Shown: piece by piece, positions 38,470 to 48,128 of the stretch
Layout: every line of letters starts with the position of its first letter
How positions within the stretch are numbered: position 1 is the stretch's first letter
Assembly (NCBI GenBank): GCA_964528475.1
Contig: CAZGSX010000003.1
Coordinates: 1,681-65,680 of the forward strand
Origin: an uncultured Anaerolineales bacterium
Lineage (GTDB): Bacteria; Chloroflexota; Anaerolineae; B4-G1
Length of the DNA: 64,000 bases
Reading direction: 5' to 3'
Translations under genes and position numbers: made by a program
Notes under the pieces: generated by a model
What the model saw: only the letters and a program-made list of their open reading frames with translations
What the model was told of the DNA's origin: nothing
The model's database searches: none

Positions 38470-39154
38470 GATTCCGCGCACCACGCGCCGATCGATCCAG
38501 CGCACCAGGCTGAGACACGGCGTTGGGAAGAGTGTGTTGAAGTGGTTATTCTGCAGGTAGTGCACAGCACTCACACAGTACCGGCGCTGAGTGTGGCGAA
38601 GGATGATCAACGAACCGGACAGGGCAGGCCACGACGGGGAGGGGATGCTCGCTGGAAAGTGAAGAAGAAGCAACGAAACGGACGAGCGGCCCCGAGCAAG
38701 GCCAGGAACGGGCCCCAGCCGCTGCACGTCTGCCACACGGCGGTCATGACCCTCGAAAACCTCCCCTTATGGCCGCCTCAGCTCTTTCCAACTCACTACT
38801 CACCCTTCGCGCAGCAAGGGGGGTGTTGAAGAACACGCTAGGCGCCCAACTGTGCAGGACGGGTCTCAACCCGACGTCCTGATCGGGCCCGAATGGAGTG
38901 ACCTTGGTCCGAACTTGTTGCTCCGGGCCGTGCCTGTCTCACCTATTGAGCTAGCGGGGACTTATTGTACACTCTCTCGGCACGCGGGTGTTGAAGAACG
39001 ACTGGATAGACTGATGGCACAGGCTGGACGCTTCACTTCAAGCGTGGGATACGTGCGAGATGGGGAAGCCCTGGCGAGAATGCCCGATCCTGCTGCCTCG
39101 ATATCCCGCCGGTGGACCCGGATGCGACCTATTCAAAACCCGCCAGCCCACCAC

Positions 39155-39183
39155 TTGCCTCGGCACACCGTCTGTGGTAGAAT
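39155..39183 (+). promoter_or_regulatory. Promoter TTGCCT-17-TGGTAGAAT for tRNA-His/tRNA-Arg
   Basis: TTGCCT 39155-39160, 17-bp spacer, TGG + TAGAAT 39175-39183, tRNA 5' end 12 nt downstream. Same architecture as 58169-58197. Confidence 0.55.
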
Positions 39184-39194
39184 ATTGGCAACAA

Positions 39195-39269
39195 GGTGGG
39201 TGTGGCCTAATTGGTTAAGGCACCTGGTTGTGGCCCAGGCGATTGCGGGTTCGAGTCCCGTCACTCACC
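39195..39269 (+). tRNA. tRNA-His (anticodon GTG) with encoded G-1
   Basis: Extra 5' G (G-1) before acceptor GTGGGTG/CACTCAC. D-arm GCCTAATTGGTTAAGGC. Anticodon loop TTGTGGC. T-arm CGGGTTCGAGTCCCG. Discriminator C (pairs with G-1). Confidence 0.85.
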
Positions 39270-39274
39270 CAGCG

Positions 39275-39298
39275 AAAGCCGGATCAAGATCCGGCTTT
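39275..39298 (+). other. Spacer hairpin between tRNA-His and tRNA-Arg (likely processing/insulating structure)
   Basis: AAAGCCGGATC-AA-GATCCGGCTTT perfect 11-bp stem. Confidence 0.4.
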
Positions 39299-39309
39299 CA
39301 TAGTACTAG

Positions 39310-39386
39310 GCCCCCGTAGCTCAACTGGACAGAGCGTCGGACTTCGAATCCGCAGGCTGGGCGTTCGAATCGCCCCGGGGGCGCCA
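39310..39386 (+). tRNA. tRNA-Arg (anticodon TCG) with encoded CCA
   Basis: Acceptor GCCCCCG/CGGGGGC. D-arm GCTCAACTGGACAGAGC. Anticodon stem TCGGA/TCCGC with loop CTTCGAA. T-arm GGGCGTTCGAATCGCCC. Discriminator G, then CCA. Confidence 0.85.
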
Positions 39387-39752
39387 GGCGAAGCCGCCTC
39401 GCCCTGCGCGGTCGGGGCGGTTTCCATTGCTGAGGCAGGATCTTGAAGACGGCTGCATCCTGGTTATGCGTCGACACCCTCCCATCCGGTATCCCAAAGC
39501 ACTAGCATCCACAATCATCACGCTGTCAGGACTCGCACAGGAAAATGCGACGGACTTGCCGAGTGAGGAGACACGCCGTCCAGGCCCTGCGGTCGGAGCG
39601 CAGCCTCGATCAGCGGAGGCATCTTCTTCCCTCCAACAAGCCGTGTCGCACGGTGAAGGCGCCTTATGCCCGTAGGCCCGGACCGTCGATTGCCGTGACG
39701 ATTGGGCCAGAGACAGAGGCTGATATGAAAAGCAAGTCTACGAGGAGGCATT

Positions 39753-41063
39753 ATGACGCTGCGCATAGGCATTCGTCGGGAGGACAAGAGCAGATGGGAG
39801 CGCCGCGTGCCCATCATTCCCGAGCACGTACATGAGCTGCGAACAGACCACGGCATGGAGGTATGGTTACAGCCGTCGCAGATCCGGACATTCCCTGACG
39901 AGGCTTACCGCGCAGCGGGGGCGCACATCTCAGAGAGCCTGTCAGCGTGCCCTGTCGTCTTCGCGGTGAAGGAGATGCCTGAGGACTTCTTTGATCGCGG
40001 ACACACTTACGTCTTCTTCGCCCATGTGATCAAGGGACAGCCCTACAATATGGAGATGCTGCAATCCCTGCTGGATAAAGAGTGCCAGCTGATTGACTAT
40101 GAGAGGGTCACGGACGAAGAGGGGCGGCGCTTGATCTTCTTCGGCCACCAAGCGGGACAAGCTGGGATGATCGATACACTGTGGGCTCTGGGGCGCCGAC
40201 TTGAGCGGGAGGGAGTGGAAAGCCCTTTCTCGACCCTGCAACAGACCCACGCTTACGAGGATCTAGACCAGGCCAAGGAGGCCATCTCCATGGTGGGGAG
40301 TCGCATTGCCCAAGGAGGATTGCCGAAGCCTGTGAGGCCCCTCGTGTGTGGCTTTGCCGGCTACGGCAATGTGTACCGTGGAGCAGATGAGATCATAGAG
40401 CTGTTACCCGTGGAGGAGATTGAGCCCGACGAGGTGGAGACGGTGGCAGAGAGGAGCGGGACAGGAGACAGGGTGTACAAGGTGGTGTTCAAGGAAGAGC
40501 ACACCGTAGAGCCCAAGCACCCCGAGGACACGTTCGAGCTGGAGACGTATTACGCTCACCCAGAGAGATACCGCTCCAGATTCGACACGTATCTGCCCCA
40601 TTTGACCCTGTTGGTCAACTGTGTCTATTGGGAAGAGGCATATCCTCGATTGGTCACGAAGCAGGATCTGCACGCGCTGTACGGTGCCTGTGATCAGCCG
40701 CGACTGCGTGTCATCGGCGACATCAGCTGCGACATCGAAGGGGCGATTGAGGCCACCGTGAAGTGTACAGAGCCGGGTGCACCGGTCTACGTCTACGACC
40801 CCTTCGAAGATCGAGCCGCCGAGGGTGTAGCGGGACGTGGTCCAGTGGTACTGGCCGTGGATATCCTGCCCAGTGAGCTTCCCCGCGAGTCCTCCCGCTA
40901 TTTCAGCGGCGTGCTGATCGACTACGTACCGGCCATCGCCAGGGCCGATTACTCGCTTCCATTTGAGGAGCTGGACCTGCCGCCCGAGATCAAGAGAGGC
41001 GTCATCGTCCATCAGGGTAAGCTGACGCCTGACTACGGCTATCTCCGGGAACACCTTCCCTAG
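39753..41063 (+). CDS. Lysine-ketoglutarate reductase (saccharopine dehydrogenase, L-lysine-forming; AlaDH/PNT-like LKR domain)
   Basis: Strong similarity to the LKR half of eukaryotic AASS, recalled from memory: IGIRREDKSRWERRVPIIPEHV; YVFFAHVIKGQPYNMEMLQSLLDKECQLIDYERVTDEEGRRLIFFGHQAGQAGMIDTLWALG; YWEEAYPRLVTKQD. Confidence 0.8.
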   Translation: MTLRIGIRREDKSRWERRVPIIPEHVHELRTDHGMEVWLQPSQIRTFPDEAYRAAGAHISESLSACPVVFAVKEMPEDFFDRGHTYVFFAHVIKGQPYNMEMLQSLLDKECQLIDYERVTDEEGRRLIFFGHQAGQAGMIDTLWALGRRLEREGVESPFSTLQQTHAYEDLDQAKEAISMVGSRIAQGGLPKPVRPLVCGFAGYGNVYRGADEIIELLPVEEIEPDEVETVAERSGTGDRVYKVVFKEEHTVEPKHPEDTFELETYYAHPERYRSRFDTYLPHLTLLVNCVYWEEAYPRLVTKQDLHALYGACDQPRLRVIGDISCDIEGAIEATVKCTEPGAPVYVYDPFEDRAAEGVAGRGPVVLAVDILPSELPRESSRYFSGVLIDYVPAIARADYSLPFEELDLPPEIKRGVIVHQGKLTPDYGYLREHLP

Positions 41064-41223
41064 AGGGTCCGGGGAGACGGTTGCCCTTAATGCAGCTGCC
41101 GCTCGCCAGAGGCCTCCGGGCCTTGGAGACAGCGGCAACAGGGACACTGGGCTTGTCCGCAGTTCAAACATATACTATGCTTTGACAGCGCGATAGAAGT
41201 CAAGTTGGGCTGAAAAGCACGAA

Positions 41224-42549
41224 ATGGAGGCTGCAATGAAGAGCGTTCTGGTCTTTGGCGCCGGTCTGGTCGCAGGCCCGCTGGTTCGGTATCTGCTTGA
41301 TCACGGATTTCATGTGCAGGTCGCCAGTCGTACCCTGAGCAAGGCACAATCGCTGGTCGAAGGCCATCCGCAGGGAGGAGCTATCCAATTCGACATGGGT
41401 GAGGATGAAGCTCAGCTGGAGAGCTTGGTCGCTGAAGCCGACGTCGTCGTGAGCTTGCTGCCCTACACCTTCCACGTGCAGATAGCAAGAGCCTGCATCC
41501 GCCAGCAGCGCCCGCTGATCACGACCAGCTACGTGAGCGACGAGATGCAGGAGCTCGATGGGAACGCGCGAGAGGCCGGGATCATCATACTCAATGAGCT
41601 AGGCCTCGACCCAGGCATCGACCATATGTCTGCCATGCGCATCATCGACCAGGTGCACGAGAACGACGGTCAAATCAAGGCCTTCCGGTCCTTCTGCGGG
41701 GGGTTGCCGGCGCCCGAGGCCAACGATAACCCCCTGGGCTACAAATTCTCCTGGAGCCCGCGGGGCGTGCTTCTGGCCGGGCGGAACGACGCGCGCTATC
41801 TTGAGCACGGCTGTGTGGTGCAGGTGCCGAACAGCCGATTGTTCGCCACACATTATGTGACCTGGGTCGGGGATCTGGGCGACTTCGAGGCCTACCCCAA
41901 CCGCGACTCACTCCCGTACATCGAGCGTTACGGTATCCCGGAGACGGAGACGATATATCGGGGCACGTTGCGCAACCTGGGGTGGTGCGACGCCATGCAG
42001 AAGCTCAATCAGCTGGGGTATTTTGGGCTGGAAGAGCGCCCGGGCCTGCCGGAGAAGACCTTCCGCCAGGTGATGACGGAGCTGATCGGAAGGGAAGGAA
42101 CCTCCGATCTGAGACACGATCTCGCCCAGCATCTGAACGTAGCACCCAACTCGGGGGTCGTGGGTGCTTTCGAGTGGCTCGGGCTGATGGAAGATGAACC
42201 AGTGCCACAGGAAACGACGCTGCTCGACGTACTTGCCCATCGCATGCTGGACAGGATGGTATATGGTGAGGGCGAACGGGACATGGTGATCCTAGTTCAT
42301 GAGTTCGTCGCGGACTACGGAGATCGGGGGGAATCCATCACCTCCACGTTGGTTGACTTCGGCCGACCCGACGGTGCTACGGCGATGGCGCGCACAGTGG
42401 GGACGCCAGCGGCCATCGGCGCACGTATGATTCTGGAGGGCAGGATCACGCTATCCGGGGTTCAGATTCCGGTGGTGCCCGAGATCTATGAGCCGATCCT
42501 GGAGGAGCTGGAACACTTAGGCATCGCCTTCGAAGAGAAAGTGATCTAG
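41224..42549 (+). CDS. Saccharopine dehydrogenase (L-glutamate-forming; SDH, Rossmann NAD(P)-binding)
   Basis: N-terminal Rossmann KSVLVFGAGLVAGPLVRYLLDHGFHVQVASR. Sacchrp_dh C-domain similarity to the AASS SDH half. Confidence 0.8.
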   Translation: MEAAMKSVLVFGAGLVAGPLVRYLLDHGFHVQVASRTLSKAQSLVEGHPQGGAIQFDMGEDEAQLESLVAEADVVVSLLPYTFHVQIARACIRQQRPLITTSYVSDEMQELDGNAREAGIIILNELGLDPGIDHMSAMRIIDQVHENDGQIKAFRSFCGGLPAPEANDNPLGYKFSWSPRGVLLAGRNDARYLEHGCVVQVPNSRLFATHYVTWVGDLGDFEAYPNRDSLPYIERYGIPETETIYRGTLRNLGWCDAMQKLNQLGYFGLEERPGLPEKTFRQVMTELIGREGTSDLRHDLAQHLNVAPNSGVVGAFEWLGLMEDEPVPQETTLLDVLAHRMLDRMVYGEGERDMVILVHEFVADYGDRGESITSTLVDFGRPDGATAMARTVGTPAAIGARMILEGRITLSGVQIPVVPEIYEPILEELEHLGIAFEEKVI

Positions 42550-43298
42550 TACTCGACGTAGACGCCACGGATGCGACTCAAGCCCCACTCACCAAGGAGA
42601 ATGAGTCCAACAAAGGGCAGATCTACGACGGCGGTGAACGCATACATCACCGTCAACCAGCGGATGGCCAGCTGCAGAGGCTGACCGAGACGCTGCATGA
42701 TCGCGGGTCCCAGCCCGGCGAACCACGCCAGAGCGACAGCTATCAGCAGGAACAGGATGAGTGGCGTCCAGGATTCTCTGTCAGACTGGCTGGGCAACAT
42801 GGTGTTGCTGATGGCGAAGATGAGATACGCCCACAGCCACACGTCCGGCGTGTGAAGCATGGCCACAAAATGACGAGCCAGGCCAGACAGGCTTCCGTCC
42901 CCCAGGGCTTCCCGTAATCCGCCAATGCCGAAGACCAGATAGCCGATGGCGAGAATGGCAGCACTGCCAACGAGCAGCGGCGCCAGTCCAATCAGACTAG
43001 CGCGCACGACGTCACTTGCCTCGACGGGCACGAACCCCAACTGAATGCGCTCATCGGCCACGCGGGGGCGAACCGAGACGCGCCCCACACGGACGCCAAG
43101 CAGCTTCGCCATCAGCGCGTGGCTGAGTTCGTGGAGCAAGATGCCAGGCATGAGGGGGAGGGCGTACAAGACGACGGCGATCTCACGATCACCGGTAAGG
43201 AGCAACATCGCCCCTTGGAGATGGCGGTGAATCCAGCGCTCCAAGAGCAGCAGGAGCGCCAGGGCCACCGCCAACCCGACCAAGAGGATCCAATTCAC
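42546..43298 (-). CDS. Polytopic membrane protein with HExxH motif (putative M50/site-2-like or DUF3267-type zinc metalloprotease)
   Basis: HELSHALMAKLLG within a TM helix; five to six TM segments. Confidence 0.5.
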   Translation of the reverse strand: MNWILLVGLAVALALLLLLERWIHRHLQGAMLLLTGDREIAVVLYALPLMPGILLHELSHALMAKLLGVRVGRVSVRPRVADERIQLGFVPVEASDVVRASLIGLAPLLVGSAAILAIGYLVFGIGGLREALGDGSLSGLARHFVAMLHTPDVWLWAYLIFAISNTMLPSQSDRESWTPLILFLLIAVALAWFAGLGPAIMQRLGQPLQLAIRWLTVMYAFTAVVDLPFVGLILLGEWGLSRIRGVYVEY

Positions 43299-44068
43299 GA
43301 GCCCTGGTGGGCGGTAAGCCCCTTCTTCACGATCTCTGCGAAGTCACGGGCCTTCAAGCTCGCCCCACCGACCAGTGCACCGTCGATCTCTGGCTGCGAC
43401 AGGAATTCCACCACATTGGCCGGCTTAACGCTTCCTCCGTATTGGACGCGCATCGTCTCTGCCACACTGTCGTCGTAGAGATCCGCCAGTACCTCACGGA
43501 CGGCTCTTCGAATGATGTCGTTTGCGTCTTCGCCATGAGCCGGGACGCCGGTCCCAATGGCCCAAATCGGCTCATAAGCCATCGTGACCAGGCGAGCCTG
43601 CTCAGCCGTGACGTCCTGAAAGGCGGCCCGCACCTGGCGCCCACAGAACTCCTCGGTCTTTCCAGCTTCGTTCTGTTCCAGGTTCTCGCCAACGCATACG
43701 ATAGGCTTGAGGCCGTGGGACAGTGCCGCTCGCAACTTCCTATTAATCCACTCGTCAGTCTCGCCAAAGAGCGTGCGGCGTTCCGAATGGCCAATGATGA
43801 CGTAGTCGCAGAGCCCCTTGAGCATCAGGGGGCTGATCTCCCCCGTGAAGGCGCCCTCTTCCTCCCAATGCATATTCTGCGCACCGAGACCAATGGTCGA
43901 ACCGGCCAGTGCGTCCTGCACGGCATCCAGGGCCACAAAGGGTGGGCAGACAGCCACATCACACCCTTCCACACCTTCGAGCTCTTCCTTGAGCGCCTCT
44001 ACCAGTGACAGGGCTTCGGCGATCGACTTGTGCATCTTCCAGTTACCGGCGATGAACGGTCTGCGCAT
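43295..44068 (-). CDS. tpiA: Triosephosphate isomerase
   Basis: MRRPFIAGNWKMHK; catalytic region HSERR...; AYEPIWAIGTG; about 257 aa. Confidence 0.95.
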   Translation of the reverse strand: MRRPFIAGNWKMHKSIAEALSLVEALKEELEGVEGCDVAVCPPFVALDAVQDALAGSTIGLGAQNMHWEEEGAFTGEISPLMLKGLCDYVIIGHSERRTLFGETDEWINRKLRAALSHGLKPIVCVGENLEQNEAGKTEEFCGRQVRAAFQDVTAEQARLVTMAYEPIWAIGTGVPAHGEDANDIIRRAVREVLADLYDDSVAETMRVQYGGSVKPANVVEFLSQPEIDGALVGGASLKARDFAEIVKKGLTAHQGS

Positions 44069-44080
44069 GTTATCTCTCCC

Positions 44081-45304
44081 CTATAGGTCGTCCAGTGCGG
44101 CCACGCCTGGGAGCGTTTTGCCCTCTAGGAATTGGAGACTTGCACCTCCTCCCGTAGAGACATGACTCATCTGGTCAACCAGGCCAACTTGCTGTACAGC
44201 CGCTGCGGACTCTCCTCCGCCAACGATGGTCGTCGCGTCCAGTTCGGCCAGCAGACGTGCCATCTCGAAGGTTCCGACTGCAAACGTCGGCATCTCAAAC
44301 ACCCCAAGCGGTCCGTTCCAGGTGACTGTCTTGGCCCCTTTCAGCGCCGAATCGAAGGTGACGAGGGTCTTTGGCCCAATGTCGAGGATCTGCCATCCTG
44401 CCGACACCTCGTTTGGAGCAACAACCCGCGTCTGGGCATCGTTGTCGAAAGCGTCAGCGACCACGACGTCGACGGGTAGCACCAGCTTCCCCGCCGCCTT
44501 GTTCAGCAGCGACTTGGCCGTCTGGATAGCATCCTCCTCCACCAGACTGTCACCCACCTCAAAGCCCATGGCCTTGAAGAACGTATTGGCCATGCCCCCT
44601 CCGATCAGAATGCGGTCGCACCTTCCCAGCAGGCTCTCGATGACCGAGATCTTGCCTGAGACCTTCGCCCCTCCGAGAATCGCCACAAACGGCGGCTCTG
44701 GATCCTCCACCGCCCTTCCCAGGAACTCCAACTCCTTCTCAACCAGAAGGCCAGCGACCGCGGCGCCTCCTTTGGCCCGCATCGCCCTGGCCACTCCCTC
44801 CGTCGAGGCATGGGCGCGATGGGCGGCACCGAAGGCATCGTTAACGTAGACGTCGGCAAGGGCTGCAAGCTCAGACGCGAGGTCGGGGTCGTTTGGTTTC
44901 TCCCCGGGATGGAACCGCGTGTTCTCCAGTACGATCACCTCGCCAGACTGCATCTGCTCAACGGCCTGGGCAACAGCCTCACCCACACAGTCATCCAGCT
45001 TCTCCGCCTGTTGACCCAGCAACGCCGACAACCGCTCGGCTACTGGATCCATCCTGAGCCCTTCGACGACCTCCGCTTTGGGGCGACCAAGATGGGACAT
45101 CAGAATCACAGCCGCGTCATGATCCAGCAGATGTCGAATCGTCGGCAGAGCGGCCTCAATCCGGGTATCGTCCGCTACTTCGCCCTCCTTGAGCGGTACG
45201 TTGAAGTCGACACGCACGAGAACGCGTTTTTCCGCCACATCTACATCGCGCACCGTCTTCTTGTTCATGAACTCTCCTTTCCCGTCAACCAGCTGAGCAA
45301 GCAT
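44081..45304 (-). CDS. pgk: Phosphoglycerate kinase (probable start at MNKKTVRD)
   Basis: [20 protein letters not shown]-terminal [17 protein letters not shown] motifs. Confidence 0.95.
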   Translation of the reverse strand: MLAQLVDGKGEFMNKKTVRDVDVAEKRVLVRVDFNVPLKEGEVADDTRIEAALPTIRHLLDHDAAVILMSHLGRPKAEVVEGLRMDPVAERLSALLGQQAEKLDDCVGEAVAQAVEQMQSGEVIVLENTRFHPGEKPNDPDLASELAALADVYVNDAFGAAHRAHASTEGVARAMRAKGGAAVAGLLVEKELEFLGRAVEDPEPPFVAILGGAKVSGKISVIESLLGRCDRILIGGGMANTFFKAMGFEVGDSLVEEDAIQTAKSLLNKAAGKLVLPVDVVVADAFDNDAQTRVVAPNEVSAGWQILDIGPKTLVTFDSALKGAKTVTWNGPLGVFEMPTFAVGTFEMARLLAELDATTIVGGGESAAAVQQVGLVDQMSHVSTGGGASLQFLEGKTLPGVAALDDL

Positions 45305-45380
45305 CCATCACACCAGTCCTAAACAGAACCTGACAGGCCCGGTAAGCCGCGGGCCTGTCAGATCCTGCCAACCGCCCTCG

Positions 45381-46382
45381 CTATAGGGTCTTGCTGACCC
45401 TGACACCCTCGCGGACCATCTGACTGGTGAAGCCCCACTCATTGTCGTACCAGCTCATAATCTTGACCAGCGTCCCATTGACTACCTGAGTCATGCCCAC
45501 GTCAACAATGGAAGCGCGAGAATCTCCAATGACATCGGACGAGACGATTGGGTCTTCAGCCACGCCGAGGATACCCTTGTACTTGTCGCTCGCAGCCTCT
45601 TCCCTGAAGATATCGTTGACCTCCTCGACGGACGTCTCCTGCGAGGTCACGAAGATGATATCCGAAATGGAGCCCACGGGGATGGGCGCACGAACGGCGA
45701 CCCCGTCGAATCGACCCTGGAGCTCAGGAAGAACCTTCGTAGTAGCGATGGCCGCACCGGTGGTGGTGGGCACGAAGTTCGCCGCTGCCGCTCGGCCCCT
45801 CCTGACCTTCTTGCTCGGCCCGTCGACAATGGCCTGGGTTGACGTATAGGCGTGGATCGTGGTCATGATGGCGTTCTCCACACCGATGCGTCGCCCCATA
45901 ACCTCCACGACCGGTGTGATGCAGTTCGTGGTGCAGCTGGCGCAGGAGAGATAGCGGACAGACTCGTCCTCGGGGACGTTCACGCCGTGCACGATGGTCG
46001 GGACACCCTCGCCCTTGGCTGGGGCTGACAGGATCGCGAACTTGGCGCCCGCCTCCAGATGCTTCTTCAGGCCCTCCTCGTTGCTGAAGATCCCAGTGCA
46101 CTCAAACGTGATGTCCACACCGAGCTCGCCCCACGGTAGCTGGGCCGGATCCCTCTCGGCGAAGAACGCAATTTCCTTACCGTCGACGATGAGGCCGTTT
46201 TCACCGACCTCGACATCCTTCTCATACCTCCCGTAGACCGTGTCGTACTTGAGGAGGTAAGCCAGGTTGTCCAGCGGCACGATATCGTTGACGCCCACAA
46301 GCTCCAACTCAGGGGTGTCGAGGATGATCTTGAATGCCGCCCGCCCAATCCTTCCGAATCCGTTGATTGCTACTTTAGCCAT
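45381..46382 (-). CDS. gap: Glyceraldehyde-3-phosphate dehydrogenase (type I)
   Basis: MAKVAINGFGRIGR; active site ASCTTNC; about 333 aa. Confidence 0.95.
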   Translation of the reverse strand: MAKVAINGFGRIGRAAFKIILDTPELELVGVNDIVPLDNLAYLLKYDTVYGRYEKDVEVGENGLIVDGKEIAFFAERDPAQLPWGELGVDITFECTGIFSNEEGLKKHLEAGAKFAILSAPAKGEGVPTIVHGVNVPEDESVRYLSCASCTTNCITPVVEVMGRRIGVENAIMTTIHAYTSTQAIVDGPSKKVRRGRAAAANFVPTTTGAAIATTKVLPELQGRFDGVAVRAPIPVGSISDIIFVTSQETSVEEVNDIFREEAASDKYKGILGVAEDPIVSSDVIGDSRASIVDVGMTQVVNGTLVKIMSWYDNEWGFTSQMVREGVRVSKTL

Positions 46383-46495
46383 TGTCTTCTTTTCTCCTTT
46401 TCCTCATAGATCGATGTGTACTGTGGGTCAACGTGCCCTCGCGGACAGTTGACGTGCCATTGTGGACTAGTTCCACGTAGATGCGGCTCTGTGAG

Positions 46496-47911
46496 TCATC
46501 CGGACCTCACGAGTCGCTCCTCGAACTGATGGATCAGTGTCTGCGCCAACTTCTGGCTGTCGTGACGCCAAGGTCGTTCCTTATCAACCAGATCTGCCGT
46601 GACCAGACGGTACTCGGCGTCTGAAGGGACTTGAGTTTTCACCATCTCGACCTCCGGCTGGTCTTCTGCAGAAGCGGCGGAGGCCAGGCCGGACTCCAGA
46701 TCTGCATTGGCCAGCACTACCGGAAAGAGGGCTTCCCCCACGTGATTCGTAAGCGCCGCGACGTGGTCGCCAACGGTGTAGCCCTCGGTTTCCCCCCGCT
46801 GGCTGGCCACGTTGCAGACGTAGACCTTGAAGGCTCGACTGGCGGCAATAGCTTCCGCTATGGCAGGGACGAGAAGATTGGGTAGCACACTGGTGTACAG
46901 ACTCCCGGGTCCAGCCACAATCATGTCCGCGTCCAGAAGAGCACGAACCGCGCCAGGATACGCAGGCGCATCGCCGGGATCCAGATAGACACGCTGGATT
47001 GCCCCTTCCGCCTCTGGAATGCGGGACTCGCCGGTTACCCGGCTGAGCTTTGCACCCGCGAGAGCATCAGCTCCATCAGACGGCGAAGACTGCATCGCCT
47101 GCACCAGGTCGGCAGTAAGCGTCACGTTCTGCAGCGTGCTGGGCACCACCTGCCCCTGTACAGCCAGCACCCGACCGGATTCCAGAATAGCGCGTTCAAA
47201 ACTCCCCGTCACCCCTGCCATGGCGGTGATGAACAGGTTGCCGAAGCTATGCCCGTTCAGACCGCTTCCCCCACCAAACCGATATTGGAACAGATGCGTG
47301 GTCAGAGCCTCATCATCAGCGAGCGCGGCGATGCAGTTGCGAAAATCCCCTGGGGGAAGCACGCCGAGCTCGCGCCGCAGCCGTCCCGAGCTCCCTCCGT
47401 CGTCAGCCACTGTGACAATGGCAGTGATATTCGATGTGTACTCCTTCAGGCCGCGCAGGAGAGTGGAGAGCCCGTGCCCCCCACCAATAGCGACCACCTT
47501 GGGACCGCGCTCTCGGCGCCGATATCGCCACAGGGTCCTGGCCAGCGTCTCGGGGCTGACGTCCACAAATGGTCGCAACAGGGCGCGATTAAGCCCCACA
47601 ATCGCTGCAGACACGGCAGCGAGGCCAAAGAGGACGAACAGCCCAGCCCGGGCAGCACGCGGTATGAACTGCAGCGTCAAGTAGTAGAAGACTCTCGGCA
47701 GCGGGTAGAGCTCGCGCAGCAGGAAGCTGAAGCCCAGACTTAGGACAGCGACGCCAGCCACCAGAACCAGCAACCAGCGCTTCACGTACATGCCGACAGG
47801 GAGACACTGGATAGCGAAGCGGAGATACCGGCGCAGATTGCGGGCTGCAGTGTTCTCGTTACCCACCAGGCGACCTCTCTTGTCAGCGTCCGCGTCACGG
47901 TTCCCAGTCAA
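46496..47911 (-). CDS. Gluconeogenesis factor YvcK/CofD-family (UPF0052) with ~130-aa N-terminal two-TM extension
   Basis: VVAIGGGHGLSTLLRGLKEYTSNITAIVTVADDGGSSGRLR core. N-terminal helices WLLVLVAGVAVLSLGFSFLL and LFVLFGLAAVSAAIVGL. Confidence 0.85.
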   Translation of the reverse strand: MTGNRDADADKRGRLVGNENTAARNLRRYLRFAIQCLPVGMYVKRWLLVLVAGVAVLSLGFSFLLRELYPLPRVFYYLTLQFIPRAARAGLFVLFGLAAVSAAIVGLNRALLRPFVDVSPETLARTLWRYRRRERGPKVVAIGGGHGLSTLLRGLKEYTSNITAIVTVADDGGSSGRLRRELGVLPPGDFRNCIAALADDEALTTHLFQYRFGGGSGLNGHSFGNLFITAMAGVTGSFERAILESGRVLAVQGQVVPSTLQNVTLTADLVQAMQSSPSDGADALAGAKLSRVTGESRIPEAEGAIQRVYLDPGDAPAYPGAVRALLDADMIVAGPGSLYTSVLPNLLVPAIAEAIAASRAFKVYVCNVASQRGETEGYTVGDHVAALTNHVGEALFPVVLANADLESGLASAASAEDQPEVEMVKTQVPSDAEYRLVTADLVDKERPWRHDSQKLAQTLIHQFEERLVRSG

Positions 47912-48128
47912 CGATTCCAGTCTATTATAGCTGAATGCATCCTCATCGTCAACGGGCGAGCGCCGCCAGAGGGCGCCATTTGCGGCTGGGTTCCAGGATC
48001 CTTCCAGGGCCTGGGCGCTCAGACCCCGTTGGTCCGGCCAGATTCTTCTGCTGCCCTCTGTGCTCTCTATCGGTTCGCCCTGGACTAAACAAGCAGCGAC
48101 CCCACGGGGGCTCTCAGCTCAGGCCCAC

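Noticed and set aside
38533-38997. CRISPR array hypothesis for GTGTTGAAG repeats
   Set aside because: Only three copies, short (9-14 nt), irregular spacing (289/166 bp), no cas genes nearby.
38852-39319. 155-aa plus-strand ORF
   Set aside because: Overlaps tRNA-His and its promoter. No protein features.
43307-44008. 233-aa plus-strand ORF (also 44226-44849 and 44810-45322)
   Set aside because: Antisense to tpiA and pgk, which have unambiguous conserved motifs.
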